From an uncultured Ruminococcus sp. (GTDB taxonomy: Bacteria; Bacillota; Clostridia; Oscillospirales; Ruminococcaceae): a stretch of 64,000 nucleotides of DNA. The DNA is taken from assembly GCA_900545345.1 (NCBI GenBank), contig UQYQ01000001.1, forward strand, positions 34,426-98,425, given 5' to 3'. The stretch's first letter is position 1. Each line of letters begins with the position of its first letter. The translations under genes were made by a program, and so were the position numbers. Positions 9,891 through 20,593 of this stretch are shown piece by piece. The notes under the pieces are model-generated. The model was not told the DNA's origin. It did no database searches and saw nothing but the letters and a program-made list of their open reading frames with translations.

Positions 9891-11378
9891 ATGATGGGCA
9901 GCAAAAGAAAAAGCGGAATTTTAATGCATATATCCAGTCTCCCGTCTGAATACGGAATCGGAAGATTCAGCAAAGAGGCTTATGATTTTGTGGATTACCT
10001 AGCGGGCTGTGAACAAAAATACTGGCAGATTCTCCCCCTTTCACCGACCAGCTACGGTGATTCGCCGTATCAGTCCTTTTCCATTCACGCAGGCAACCCG
10101 TATTTTATCGACTTAGAAACCTTAGCTGAAGAAGAACTTTTAAATAAAAACGATTTTGAAAGTATTAAATGGTATGATGACGAGAGATATGTAGACTATG
10201 ATAAGCTGTATAAAGAAAATTTTAAGGTTCTCAGAAAGGCATATGCCAAGTTTAAAAATAATGTTCCGAAAAAATTTGATGAATATATAAAATGCAACGA
10301 TTACTGGCTTTCAGACTATGCATTATTTATGTCTTTAAAAGACGCACATAACGGCAGAGCTTGGAACTATTGGGAAACTCCGCTTGTAAAACGTGAAGAA
10401 AAAGCAATAAAACAAGCAAGAGAAAAATACAAAGATGATATAGGCTTTTGGAAATTCACACAATATAAATTCTTTGAACAATGGTTTAAACTGAAAGAGT
10501 ATGCCAATAAAAGCGGTATTGAAATTATCGGTGATATTCCTATTTATGTTGCATATGACAGTGCGGATGTCTGGTGTTCTCCTGAATTGTTCGAGCTTGA
10601 TGAAGATTTGTCGCCGATTAATGTAGCAGGCTGTCCGCCTGATATATTCTCTCCTCTAGGTCAGCTATGGGGAAACCCTCTATATAACTGGGATTTAATG
10701 AAGAAAGACAACTATTCATGGTGGATAAACAGGATAGAAACCGCTAAGAACACATATGACATTGTCAGAATCGACCACTTCAGAGGTTTTGACAGCTATT
10801 ATTCAATACCGTTCGGTGACAAAGATGCGACAGGCGGCCAGTGGAAAGACGGCCCTAAAATCGATTTGTTCAAAGCGGTAAAAGAGAGCCTCGGCAAAGT
10901 AAATATAATCGCCGAGGATTTAGGATTTATTACACCTTCGGTTAAAAAGCTTTTAAGACAATCCGGATATCCCGGAATGAAGGTTTTAGAGTTTTCATTT
11001 GAGCCCGATGCCGACAGTATGTATCTTCCTCAAAATTTTAAAACATCTAACTGTTTTGTATACACAGGGACTCATGATAACGATACTTTAAAAGGCTGGA
11101 CCTATACTGAAAATAAAAACAATGTAAAATACGCCATGGATTATCTCGGAGTAAAAAGAAAAAAAGATCTTCCATGGGCAATTATCCGTCTTGCATGGAC
11201 CTCAACTGCAAAAACCGCAATCGCACAGCTTCAGGATTTTTTAGAACTCGGAAGTGAAGCAAGAATGAATATTCCTTCAACAGTCGGCAATAACTGGAGA
11301 TGGAGAGCATTAAAAAGTGATTTCACCCCGGAACTTCAGAAAAAAATAGCAAAGCTCACAAGATTATGCGGAAGATAG
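9891..11378 (+). CDS. malQ: 4-alpha-glucanotransferase (amylomaltase, GH77)
   Basis: 495 aa; N-terminal SGILMHISSLPSEYGIGRF and catalytic region DHFRGF typical of GH77 MalQ. Confidence 0.9.
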   Translation: MMGSKRKSGILMHISSLPSEYGIGRFSKEAYDFVDYLAGCEQKYWQILPLSPTSYGDSPYQSFSIHAGNPYFIDLETLAEEELLNKNDFESIKWYDDERYVDYDKLYKENFKVLRKAYAKFKNNVPKKFDEYIKCNDYWLSDYALFMSLKDAHNGRAWNYWETPLVKREEKAIKQAREKYKDDIGFWKFTQYKFFEQWFKLKEYANKSGIEIIGDIPIYVAYDSADVWCSPELFELDEDLSPINVAGCPPDIFSPLGQLWGNPLYNWDLMKKDNYSWWINRIETAKNTYDIVRIDHFRGFDSYYSIPFGDKDATGGQWKDGPKIDLFKAVKESLGKVNIIAEDLGFITPSVKKLLRQSGYPGMKVLEFSFEPDADSMYLPQNFKTSNCFVYTGTHDNDTLKGWTYTENKNNVKYAMDYLGVKRKKDLPWAIIRLAWTSTAKTAIAQLQDFLELGSEARMNIPSTVGNNWRWRALKSDFTPELQKKIAKLTRLCGR

Positions 11379-11406
11379 AAAACATTTTTGAAAGGAACAC
11401 AGATTA

Positions 11407-13779
11407 ATGGAAAAAGAAACATTTTTAAAGGAATTTAAAAAGGATTTGCAAAACAAATATAAAACAGAGCCGAAAAATGCGTCCCCATACCAAATCCACG
11501 AAAGTTTATCAAGCGTTCTTATGAATATGGTTTCAGACGATTGGAAAAAAAGCAACCAATCACATGATAACACAAGAAAAGCCTGTTACTTCTCTGCAGA
11601 ATTCTTAGTAGGACGTGCTATATACAACAATCTGTTAAATCTGGGATTAACAGATGAGGTCGAAAATGCTTTAGAAGAAGCAGGCTGTTCACTTTCATCA
11701 CTTGAAGAAATTGAAGACGCAGCACTGGGAAACGGTGGACTTGGCAGGCTTGCTGCCTGTTTTATGGACTCAGCTGCCACACTGAATCTTCCTTTAGACG
11801 GTTATGGAATAAGATATAAATACGGCTTATTCAAGCAAGGTATAAAAGACGGATTTCAGACAGAAGAGGCAGACAACTGGACAAAATACGGCGACCCATG
11901 GTCTAAACGCTGTGAGGCTGACACTCAGCTTGTATCGTTCAAAGGTCAGACAGTAAAAGCAGTACCGTATGATATGCCGATAATAGCTTATGGTACTAAA
12001 CATATAGGTACTCTTAGGCTATGGCAGTCAGAACCTGTTGAAGAGTTTGACTTTAAACTTTTTGACAGCGGAAATTATGAAAAAGCAAGCCTGGAAAAAA
12101 TTTATGCTGAAGACATTTCAAGAGTATTGTATCCTAATGACAATACTTACGAGGGCAAAGTTTTAAGATTAAAGCAGCAGTATTTCTTCTCAAGTGCTTC
12201 TCTGTCTGATATAATAAAACGCCACAAAAAGACTTACGGCACACTTGAAAATCTCGCTGATAAAGTTACTGTTCAGCTCAATGATACCCACCCTGTTATT
12301 TCTATTCCCGAACTTATCAGACAGCTTCTTAATGAGGGAATTTGCTTTGATGAAAGCTATAAGATTGCACAAAAGGTATTTAACTATACTAATCACACTA
12401 TTATGGCCGAGGCATTGGAAAAATGGAATATCGAACTTTTAGAAAATGTAATTCCCGATGTGTATTCGATTATACTCATGCTCAACGAACAGTTTATAAA
12501 AGAAGCTTATATCAAAGGTCTTTCAAAAGATAAAATAAATACCATGAAACCTATAATCGGCAATATGGTTCATATGGCTAACCTTGCAGTATTCTGTTCC
12601 GGCCATACAAACGGCGTTGCAGAAATTCACACGCAAATTCTAAAAAACGATGTTTTAAAGGATTGGTATGAGCTTTATCCTGAGCGTTTTCAGAATAAAA
12701 CAAACGGTATTACTCAGCGCCGCTGGCTTGCACTTTGCAATAAGGAGCTAAGTAAACTTATCACTGAACTTTTGGGTGACGACAGCTGGATAACCGATTT
12801 AGATAAGCTTCATGAACTTGCAAAATATGCAGATGATGAAAATGTTATAAACAGATTTATTTGTATAAAGAAAACTAAAAAGAAAGAGCTTTCGGAATTT
12901 ATAAAATCACATGACGGAATTCAGATTAATCCTGACACAATATTTGATACTCAGATAAAAAGACTTCACGAATATAAGCGCCAGCTTTTAAACGCATTTT
13001 CTATATTATATATTTATTTCGGAATTAAAGACGGAAGCATAAAGGATTTTACACCGACAACATTTATTTTCGGTGCCAAATCAGCACCGGGCTATGCAAG
13101 AGCAAAGGGTATAATCAAGTTTATAAATGAAATAGGGAAACTTGTAAACTCCGATCAACAGACAAAAGACCTATTGTCAGTTGTATTTGTTTCAAACTAT
13201 AATGTTTCATATGCGGAAAAGCTGGTCTCGGGAAGTGATGTTTCCGAACAGATTTCAACCGCAGGTACAGAAGCATCGGGAACAGGAAATATGAAACTTA
13301 TGCTGAACGGAACGGTAACCTTAGGGACATATGACGGTGCAAACATTGAAATAGTTCAGGAAGCAGGCGAAGAAAACAACTATATTTTCGGTGCAAAAGT
13401 TGAAGAATTAGAAAAAATTATGCCTGATTATGACCCTCGTAATATAAGCGAAAAAAACGAGAAAATAAAACGTGTTGTGAACACTCTCATCGACGGTACT
13501 CTTTCAGACGGTGGAACAGGTATATTCAGAGAGCTGTATTTCTCACTTATGGACGGTGCAAGCTGGCACAGAGCTGACAACTATTATCTTATCGGCGATC
13601 TTGAAAGCTATGTTGAAGCTAAACTCAAAGTAAATAAAGACTTTAAAAATGAAAAAGCTTTCTATAAAAAATGCTGGCTTAATATGTGCAATGCAGGTAA
13701 GTTCAGTTCAGACCGAACAATTAAGGATTATGCACAAAACATCTGGAAAATAGAACCTATTAAAGAATTTCAAAAATAA
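11407..13779 (+). CDS. glgP: Alpha-glucan (glycogen/maltodextrin) phosphorylase, GT35
   Basis: 790 aa; pyridoxal-phosphate site EASGTGNMK; overall GT35 architecture. Confidence 0.9.
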   Translation: MEKETFLKEFKKDLQNKYKTEPKNASPYQIHESLSSVLMNMVSDDWKKSNQSHDNTRKACYFSAEFLVGRAIYNNLLNLGLTDEVENALEEAGCSLSSLEEIEDAALGNGGLGRLAACFMDSAATLNLPLDGYGIRYKYGLFKQGIKDGFQTEEADNWTKYGDPWSKRCEADTQLVSFKGQTVKAVPYDMPIIAYGTKHIGTLRLWQSEPVEEFDFKLFDSGNYEKASLEKIYAEDISRVLYPNDNTYEGKVLRLKQQYFFSSASLSDIIKRHKKTYGTLENLADKVTVQLNDTHPVISIPELIRQLLNEGICFDESYKIAQKVFNYTNHTIMAEALEKWNIELLENVIPDVYSIILMLNEQFIKEAYIKGLSKDKINTMKPIIGNMVHMANLAVFCSGHTNGVAEIHTQILKNDVLKDWYELYPERFQNKTNGITQRRWLALCNKELSKLITELLGDDSWITDLDKLHELAKYADDENVINRFICIKKTKKKELSEFIKSHDGIQINPDTIFDTQIKRLHEYKRQLLNAFSILYIYFGIKDGSIKDFTPTTFIFGAKSAPGYARAKGIIKFINEIGKLVNSDQQTKDLLSVVFVSNYNVSYAEKLVSGSDVSEQISTAGTEASGTGNMKLMLNGTVTLGTYDGANIEIVQEAGEENNYIFGAKVEELEKIMPDYDPRNISEKNEKIKRVVNTLIDGTLSDGGTGIFRELYFSLMDGASWHRADNYYLIGDLESYVEAKLKVNKDFKNEKAFYKKCWLNMCNAGKFSSDRTIKDYAQNIWKIEPIKEFQK

Positions 13780-13795
13780 CTTCTGATATGTTTAA

Positions 13796-13830
13796 AGGAC
13801 GCTTCAAGTGAGGCGTCCTTTACTACTGTT
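13796..13830 (+). terminator. Hairpin terminator after glgP
   Basis: aaggacgcttcaagtgaggcgtcctt inverted repeat; weak T tract. Confidence 0.5.
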
Positions 13831-13931
13831 TAAATTTACTAATGCTTAAAGACAAACGCCTAACTTAAAAATAAGGATACAAATTGGTTATTATTACTTT
13901 ACCGCTTTAAAGTATTTGTTCAATTTGTCAA

Positions 13932-13960
13932 TTGACAAAGCCCAAATTTGGTAATATAAT
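13932..13960 (+). promoter_or_regulatory. Sigma-70-type promoter (TTGACA-17 bp-TATAAT) overlapped by the 16-bp palindrome TTTGTCAATTGACAAA
   Basis: Perfect -35 TTGACA (13932-13937) and -10 TATAAT (13955-13960) with 17-bp spacer, ~90 bp upstream of the ABC transporter operon; perfect palindrome 13927-13942 overlaps the -35. Confidence 0.6.
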
Positions 13961-14050
13961 ATAAACAATGATTTTGATATCCGTCTTTTAGGTTTATCTT
14001 TGTCAGAAATACACGGGTTGCACCCGTATGAAATATGGAGGAATCCTTTT

Positions 14051-15019
14051 ATGAAGAAGTTAAAAAAAATAACTGCTGTTGCCATGGCGATAGCTATGAC
14101 ATGTGCAATTACAGCTTGTGATGACAAAAAATCTTCCGATACATATACAATCGGTATTTGTCAGTTGGTTCAGCATGAAGCACTTGATGACGCAACAAAG
14201 GGCTTTAAAGATGCTTTAAAAGAAAAGCTCGGTGACAAGGTTGAATTTGATGAGCAAAATGCATCAGGTGAAAAAACAAACTGTACTACAATTATTTCTC
14301 AGTTCGTTTCTTCAAATGTAGATTTGATTATGGCTAATGCAACTGACGCACTGACAGCAGCTGTATCAGCTACTGAAGATATTCCGATAGTAGGAACTTC
14401 AATTACTGACTATGCAACTGCACTTCAAATTGAAGACTGGAAGGGCACAACAGGAATGAATGTTACAGGAACAGCAGACCTCGCTCCGTTAAAAGAACAG
14501 GCTGCAATGATTAAAGAGCTTTGTCCTGATAAAAAAACTGTCGGCATTTTATACTGTTCTAATGAAGCAAATTCAAAATATCAGGCTGACATTATTAAGT
14601 CAGAGTTAGAAGGTCTTGGTTACACCTGCAAGATATACACATTTGTTGATACTAATGATGTTACAGCTATCACTCAAACAGCTGTTGATTCATCAGATGT
14701 TTTGTATATTCCTACTGATAACACAGCCGCTTCAAATACAGAAGCAATCAACAACATTACAGAACCTGCTAAAATCCCTGTATTTACGGGTGAAGAGGGC
14801 ATCTGCAAAGGCTGCGGTGTTGCTGCACTTTCTATAAGCTATTATGACATCGGTTTCCGTGCCGGTGAAATGGCATATGAAATTCTTGAAAACGGTGCAA
14901 AACCGGAAGAAATGAAAATTGATTACTCAACTGATTTAACCAAGAAATATGTTGCTAAGCGTGCAGAAACTCTCAATTTAAAAATCCCTGAAAGTTATAA
15001 GCCGATTACAATGGATTAA
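14051..15019 (+). CDS. ABC transporter substrate-binding lipoprotein (COG2984 family)
   Basis: Signal peptide with lipobox ITAC; size and operon with COG4120-like permease and COG1101-like ATPase. Confidence 0.75.
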   Translation: MKKLKKITAVAMAIAMTCAITACDDKKSSDTYTIGICQLVQHEALDDATKGFKDALKEKLGDKVEFDEQNASGEKTNCTTIISQFVSSNVDLIMANATDALTAAVSATEDIPIVGTSITDYATALQIEDWKGTTGMNVTGTADLAPLKEQAAMIKELCPDKKTVGILYCSNEANSKYQADIIKSELEGLGYTCKIYTFVDTNDVTAITQTAVDSSDVLYIPTDNTAASNTEAINNITEPAKIPVFTGEEGICKGCGVAALSISYYDIGFRAGEMAYEILENGAKPEEMKIDYSTDLTKKYVAKRAETLNLKIPESYKPITMD

Positions 15020-15179
15020 TAACACCGTTAATATAACCGGAAGGGACAGCTCCCATGTCGTAGTGTTTAAATGACAGGTGAAGTTAATCCCTTATTGAAT
15101 CATTGAATATTGATAAAGCGGTAAGATTTTCTTATCGCTTTATTGTCTGTTATTTTATTTCTAAGGAGTTATGTTTTAG

Positions 15180-16106
15180 ATGTTTATAGAATTTTTACAA
15201 TCCTTGCCTTCTCCTATTGCACAAGGTATGATATGGGGAATCATGGCAATCGGTGTATACATTACTTACAGAGTTCTGGATCTTGCCGACCTTACAGTTG
15301 ACGGTTCTTTAGGAACCGGCGGTGCGGTGCTTGTAGTTCTGACAACAAGCGGGGTTAACATATACATATCCATGATTGTCGCATTTTTTGCCGGATGCCT
15401 TGCAGGTCTTGTAACCGGTATATTGCATACAAAGTTTGGTATTCCTGCAATTTTAGCAGGAATTTTAACTCAGCTTGCGTTGTATTCCGTAAACCTTTTA
15501 ATCATGAGCGGAAGAGCTAACACACCTATCAGCAACAGAAAATTCGATTTGATTGTTTCATCAAATACAAATTTACTGACAAAAACTATTATTGTTACAG
15601 CAATTATTATTGTCGTTATCATTGCTTTGCTTTATTATTTCTTTGGTACAGAGCTCGGACATTCAGTTCGTGCAACCGGTGCTAATCAGGCTATGGCCCG
15701 TGCTAACGGCATTAATACCGATTCAAGGAAAATACTCGGTTTAGTTCTCTCAAACGGTATAGTTGCATTATCGGGCGGTTTATTAGCACAATTCAGCGGA
15801 AACGCTGATGTCAATATGGGCAGAGGTGCTATTGTTATCGGTCTTGCAGCTGTAATTATAGGTGAAGTAGTATTCAGCAAAATATTCAAAAACTTTGCAT
15901 TAAAGCTTCTTGCATGTGTTGTAGGCGGGGTTATTTATTATATTGTTATTGCCATTGTTTTAAAACTGGGTCTTAACGCAAATAACTTAAAAATGTTCTC
16001 AGCTGCAGTTGTTGCTGTATTCTTAGGCTTGCCTTATTGGAAAAACAAATATGCCGGCAAGATAAAGAAAACCGCAAAAAGCAAAGGGGGCGTTACAAAT
16101 GCTTGA
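15180..16106 (+). CDS. ABC transporter permease (COG4120-like)
   Basis: 308 aa, ~8-9 TM segments; translationally coupled to ATPase (overlap 16099-16106). Confidence 0.8.
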   Translation: MFIEFLQSLPSPIAQGMIWGIMAIGVYITYRVLDLADLTVDGSLGTGGAVLVVLTTSGVNIYISMIVAFFAGCLAGLVTGILHTKFGIPAILAGILTQLALYSVNLLIMSGRANTPISNRKFDLIVSSNTNLLTKTIIVTAIIIVVIIALLYYFFGTELGHSVRATGANQAMARANGINTDSRKILGLVLSNGIVALSGGLLAQFSGNADVNMGRGAIVIGLAAVIIGEVVFSKIFKNFALKLLACVVGGVIYYIVIAIVLKLGLNANNLKMFSAAVVAVFLGLPYWKNKYAGKIKKTAKSKGGVTNA

Positions 16107-16893
16107 AATCAAAAATGTTTATAAAACTTTCAATCCGGGAACTATTAACGAAAAAAAAGCTCTCAACGGTGTAGACCTCACTTTAAATGACGGGGATTTT
16201 GTGACAGTTATCGGAGGAAACGGTGCAGGTAAATCTACTCTTTTAAATATGATTACCGGTGTGTATTCTATTGACAGCGGCTCAATTGTTATTGACGGCA
16301 TAGATGTTACCAACATGTCTGAACATAAACGAGCTAAATTTTTCGGCCGTGTATTCCAGGACCCAATGACAGGCACGGCTGCCACTATGGAAATAGCTGA
16401 AAATCTTGCACTGGCAGCCCGCCGTGGAAAAAGAAGAACCTTAAAGTTCGGTGTAACTAATAAAGAAAAAGAAAAGTACAAAGAAATGCTTAAAGTTTTG
16501 GATTTAGGTTTGGAAAATCGTCTGACATCAAAGGTTGGATTGCTTTCAGGCGGACAAAGACAAGCTATTACATTGTTAATGGCAACTCTGCAAAATCCTA
16601 AGCTTTTGCTTCTCGATGAACATACTGCGGCACTTGACCCTAAGACCTCTGCAAAAGTTTTAGAAATCAGTGATAAAATTATTAAAGAAAACAGCTTAAC
16701 AGCTATGATGGTTACCCATAACATGAATGACGCAATAGCCTACGGAAACCGACTGATTATGATGCATGAAGGCAGAGTGATTTTAGATATTTCAGGCGAA
16801 GAAAAGAAAAAACTGACTGTTGAAATTTTGCTGCATAAATTTGAAGAAGTCAGCGGTTCTGAATTCGCAAACGACAAAGCTTTGCTTTCATAA
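16099..16893 (+). CDS. ABC transporter ATP-binding protein (COG1101-like)
   Basis: 264 aa; Walker A GGNGAGKST, signature LSGGQRQ, Walker B LLLDE. Confidence 0.85.
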   Translation: MLEIKNVYKTFNPGTINEKKALNGVDLTLNDGDFVTVIGGNGAGKSTLLNMITGVYSIDSGSIVIDGIDVTNMSEHKRAKFFGRVFQDPMTGTAATMEIAENLALAARRGKRRTLKFGVTNKEKEKYKEMLKVLDLGLENRLTSKVGLLSGGQRQAITLLMATLQNPKLLLLDEHTAALDPKTSAKVLEISDKIIKENSLTAMMVTHNMNDAIAYGNRLIMMHEGRVILDISGEEKKKLTVEILLHKFEEVSGSEFANDKALLS

Positions 16894-16907
16894 AATTTCA
16901 TTATAAA

Positions 16908-16957
16908 AAAACAAAGCCTTGGAAAGACTTGAAAAGTTTTCTTCCAAGGTTTTTTAT
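16908..16957 (+). terminator. Rho-independent terminator of the ABC operon
   Basis: ccttggaaagacttgaaaagttttcttccaagg hairpin followed by tttttt. Confidence 0.7.
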
Positions 16958-16961
16958 ATTG

Positions 16962-17001
16962 CAAAACAAGGCAAGGATAACACCCTGCCTTGTTTTTTTA
17001 A
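16962..17001 (-). terminator. Terminator hairpin after cls (also readable on + strand)
   Basis: caaggcaaggataacaccctgccttg hairpin flanked by A and T runs. Confidence 0.5.
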
Positions 17002-17005
17002 ACTG

Positions 17006-18583
17006 CTATAACAACGGTCCGAAAATCTTTAAAATTCCGCTGAAAATTTTATCAAATATATTTCTTCGGTCCATATCTTCAGCTGTAATTTCGGTACAAT
17101 CATTTTTAATCATATCATCTATATCTTTTTTTACATCTGAAACTAACTTGTTCTTATAAAACACTATACCGTCTTCAAAATGAAGATAAAGACTTCTGTA
17201 ATCTAAGTTTACTGTTCCCACCGTTGCAATTTTGTCATCAGAAACGCAGTCCTTTGTATGAACAAATCCCGGATTATAACGATAAAATTTTACACCTTGG
17301 TCTAAAAGCGCTTTATAATAGCAATTAGAAATTTTCTGAACATACCACTTGTCTGAAATACCGGGAACAACAATTTTAACATCAACACCGCTTTTCGCAG
17401 CATAACTTAACGCTGACAAAAGCTCTTCGTCTAAAATCAAATAAGGTGCTGTAAAGTATATATAATCCCTTGCCTTATTGATAATGTCCATATAAATCAT
17501 CTTTCCGACATTTTCATTATCAAGCGGCGAATCACCGTATGGTATTACATATCCTTCGCCTTTAAATTCATCCTCATGATATTTATGCGGAGCAAAATCA
17601 ATGTAATTTGCAGGTATCTTTTCATTCAGTTCCCACATTTGAAAGAACATTATAGTAAAGCTCCACACAGCGTCACCCTTTATCATTACTGCAGAGTCTT
17701 TCCAATAGCCGTACTTTGTTTTAGCATTTATATATTCATCAGCCAAATTTGTCCCGCCTGTAAATGCAGTATGACCGTCGATCACTACGATTTTTCTGTG
17801 GTCACGATTATTCTGCACAGAGGTTAAAAACGGAACAAAAGGATTAAAGACCTTGCATTTGATACCATAGTATCTTAGTGTTTCATCATACTTACCCGGA
17901 AGTATCGTCTGAGCTCCGACACCGTCATACATAAATCTGACATCTACTCCCTCTTCTGCCTTATCTATAAGTATGTCGATAATCTGGTCGAGCATTACAC
18001 CTTTTTCAACTATAAAAAATTCTATAAATATAAAATGCTTTGCTTTTCTAAGCTCGTCCAAAAGGACTTCAAACTGTTCTTCACCGCATTTGAAATACTG
18101 TGCTGTTGTATTTTTATATGTTGGAAATTTTCCGTAACCTGCGATATAATCAGACATTCTTAAAAATGACTTTTCTTCTTTTTTCTCTATTTCCTCAGCA
18201 ATTTTTTTATCCTGCTTTAAGTACTTTTCGGTTTCGATGATTTTCTTCTGCACTATCTTTTTGAAAAAATGCCTTGAAATAGAAATTTTCAAAAATAAAT
18301 AAACCAATGCCATAAAGCTCGGAAATATAACAAACGGGACCAGCCACGCAATTTTATATCCTGCATTTTCATTTGAGCTTGCTATATACGCCACAAGCAA
18401 AATCGCCAAAACAGTTAAACCGAGATAAATATATATAAACTGGTCATACAAGCTGAAAAAAGCTAATGTTACAAAACCAACTTGAATAGCCAAAAGTATA
18501 ATCACTGTTATCTTTCTTGAAAACAAAAAACTCAGCTTTTTTCTAAGTCCTGCTTTCATAATATCCTTATCCGGTTTTTTCAT
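17006..18583 (-). CDS. cls: Cardiolipin synthase (two PLD/HKD domains)
   Basis: 525 aa; N-terminal TM helices; two HxKxxxxD motifs (HRKIVVIDG... and HTKDCVSDD...). Confidence 0.85.
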   Translation of the reverse strand: MKKPDKDIMKAGLRKKLSFLFSRKITVIILLAIQVGFVTLAFFSLYDQFIYIYLGLTVLAILLVAYIASSNENAGYKIAWLVPFVIFPSFMALVYLFLKISISRHFFKKIVQKKIIETEKYLKQDKKIAEEIEKKEEKSFLRMSDYIAGYGKFPTYKNTTAQYFKCGEEQFEVLLDELRKAKHFIFIEFFIVEKGVMLDQIIDILIDKAEEGVDVRFMYDGVGAQTILPGKYDETLRYYGIKCKVFNPFVPFLTSVQNNRDHRKIVVIDGHTAFTGGTNLADEYINAKTKYGYWKDSAVMIKGDAVWSFTIMFFQMWELNEKIPANYIDFAPHKYHEDEFKGEGYVIPYGDSPLDNENVGKMIYMDIINKARDYIYFTAPYLILDEELLSALSYAAKSGVDVKIVVPGISDKWYVQKISNCYYKALLDQGVKFYRYNPGFVHTKDCVSDDKIATVGTVNLDYRSLYLHFEDGIVFYKNKLVSDVKKDIDDMIKNDCTEITAEDMDRRNIFDKIFSGILKIFGPLL

Positions 18584-18740
18584 TTATAAAAGTCCTCTCT
18601 TCAAATAGATTGTCATTTATGCTAAAATTACTCACAGAAAATATAAAAATAAAATGAAATATAATCCATAAATATTATTATACCAAACATATAAAATTTA
18701 ATCAATATTCATACGATTATTTAATATTCTATTTTAATAA

Positions 18741-18779
18741 ATTATGAAAACTCTTAAGACAATCGACTTAAGAGTTTTT
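18741..18779 (-). terminator. Terminator hairpin after rmuC
   Basis: aaaactcttaagacaatcgacttaagagtttt perfect inverted repeat. Confidence 0.55.
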
Positions 18780-18783
18780 AAAG

Positions 18784-20130
18784 CTATTCTGTTTCAATAC
18801 CTAAAAGCTGTTCTGATTTAAGAGATGATGTTTCTAACGTCGTTACGCTCTTCAGTTTTCTGTTAATGGCTCTTGTTCTAACCCCAACCAAATCATCAAG
18901 CTGTTTTGAAGCCTGATTAAGGCTATTCTGTGCTTTTGTAATTACATCCTCAAACTTGCCGAACTCAGTTTTGACCGCACCCAGAACATCCCAAACCTCA
19001 CTGCTTCGCTTTTGAATAGCCAAGGTTTTAAAGCCCATCTGCAAGCTGTTAAGCAGTGCAGCCATGGTACTTGGTCCTGCTAAATTCACTTTAAAGCTTC
19101 GCTGAAGCTCTTCAACCATTCCTCTGTTTACAAGTTCAGCATAAAGCCCCTCGAACGGTACAAACAAAATACCGAAATCCGTTGAATCAGGAGGGCATAT
19201 GTATTTTTGATTGATATCCTTTGCTTCGTTTTTAACTGTTGTAATAAGTGTTTTAACAGCCGTTTCAATTTCTTCTTTAGAACCGTTATCATAAGCCTCG
19301 ACGAGCCTTGTATAGCTATCACCCGGAAATTTGGAATCAATAGGCAGATAAACTGTTTTATCGTCATCAGCAGGAAGCTTTATTGCAAACTCCACACGCT
19401 TGCCGCTGCCCCTTTTGATTTCTACATTTTCGTCATATTGTTCAGGTGCAAGTATTTCAGAAAGAATAGATCCAAGTTGAATTTCTCCCAAAATACCTCT
19501 GCTTTTAACATTAGTCAGAACCTTTTTCAAATCACCCACACCTGTTGCAAGCGTCTGCATCTCTCCAAGTCCTTTATAAACCTGCTCCAATCTGTCGTTT
19601 ACAAGTTTAAATGACTGTGTCATACGCTCATCAAGGGTCTTTTGAAGCTTTTCATCGACTACCATACGCATTTCATCAAGCTTTTTTGAATTCTCTTCCT
19701 GAAGTGAACCCAAACGCTTTTCCACTGTTGAACGAATATTATCAAGCTTCTGCTCATTTTCAACAGAAAAAGTTTTAAAACGCTCTTCCTGATGGGCCAA
19801 AGAATATGTAACCGATTTCTGAAGATTTTCCTGCTTGTCCGACAAATTTTTATCAAGCATTGATATCTTTTCTGATACCGCATTGTTCAAATCCTTTTGA
19901 TTATGAGATACCATCTCTCCCAAACTTTTAATTGAATCGCTTGTTGTTCGATTAATTTCCTGCCTGAAATCAGAAAGCTCTTTACCTGTGTCATTTTTTA
20001 TCTGCTGAACTAAAGAAAGCATGTTTTCACTGTTATCCGGATTTGTCTTTTTTAATAAAATTACTGATGATATAACAATTAATACTATTAATAATACTAT
20101 TGCCGAAACTAAAAGAAATACCTCAATCAT
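18784..20130 (-). CDS. rmuC: DNA recombination protein RmuC
   Basis: 448 aa; N-terminal TM plus long coiled-coil, C-terminal RmuC nuclease-like region (ICPPDSTDFGILFVPFEGLYAE). Confidence 0.8.
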   Translation of the reverse strand: MIEVFLLVSAIVLLIVLIVISSVILLKKTNPDNSENMLSLVQQIKNDTGKELSDFRQEINRTTSDSIKSLGEMVSHNQKDLNNAVSEKISMLDKNLSDKQENLQKSVTYSLAHQEERFKTFSVENEQKLDNIRSTVEKRLGSLQEENSKKLDEMRMVVDEKLQKTLDERMTQSFKLVNDRLEQVYKGLGEMQTLATGVGDLKKVLTNVKSRGILGEIQLGSILSEILAPEQYDENVEIKRGSGKRVEFAIKLPADDDKTVYLPIDSKFPGDSYTRLVEAYDNGSKEEIETAVKTLITTVKNEAKDINQKYICPPDSTDFGILFVPFEGLYAELVNRGMVEELQRSFKVNLAGPSTMAALLNSLQMGFKTLAIQKRSSEVWDVLGAVKTEFGKFEDVITKAQNSLNQASKQLDDLVGVRTRAINRKLKSVTTLETSSLKSEQLLGIETE

Positions 20131-20200
20131 AAACTAAACCTTCCTTGACTTTAAATACTTTAAAGTATATAATGTACTTGTAATTTAACATAAAATTTGT

Positions 20201-20368
20201 TTATGCAGCATCATTCCCGTTATTGTTTAAAATGTCATTTGATAAAACAGAAATATTTTTTCGTCTATTCTCTTCTGAAGACGAATCAATTTCGCATAAG
20301 TAATATACATATCCCATTGCTGATGAACCCAAAACTGCAAGCAGCATAAAAATTAAAGTGTTAAGCAT
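20201..20368 (-). CDS. Possible small membrane protein (55 aa)
   Basis: Hand-translated ORF MLNTLIFMLLAVLGSSAMGYVYYLCEIDSSSEENRRKNISVLSNDILNNNGNDAA; below the 60-aa ORF-track cutoff; single hydrophobic helix; upstream of rmuC on the same strand. Confidence 0.25.
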   Translation of the reverse strand: MLNTLIFMLLAVLGSSAMGYVYYLCEIDSSSEENRRKNISVLSNDILNNNGNDAA

Positions 20369-20593
20369 AAAAACCTCTCCTTGATATTTATAATGTTAAA
20401 ATTCAAAATCAAAACCAATAAGAAATTGAATCTTTAACTTGATTTTATTTTATCAGATATAAAGTCCATTTGTTTGGACAATATTATTAAATCCGGCAAA
20501 ATAAAACAATTTATTAAAGAGGATTTTTACACAAACATATTAGGTAAAAATGATGCTTCTTACAAATATCAGTATAACAGAAAGGGTCGAAAT

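Noticed and set aside
16119-16724. 201-aa minus-strand ORF
   Set aside because: It lies fully inside the ABC ATPase gene on the opposite strand and has no motifs, so it is antisense noise. The same applies to the other short antisense ORFs listed inside murF, murE, pbp, glgP, cls, rmuC, nadE and the rnf genes.
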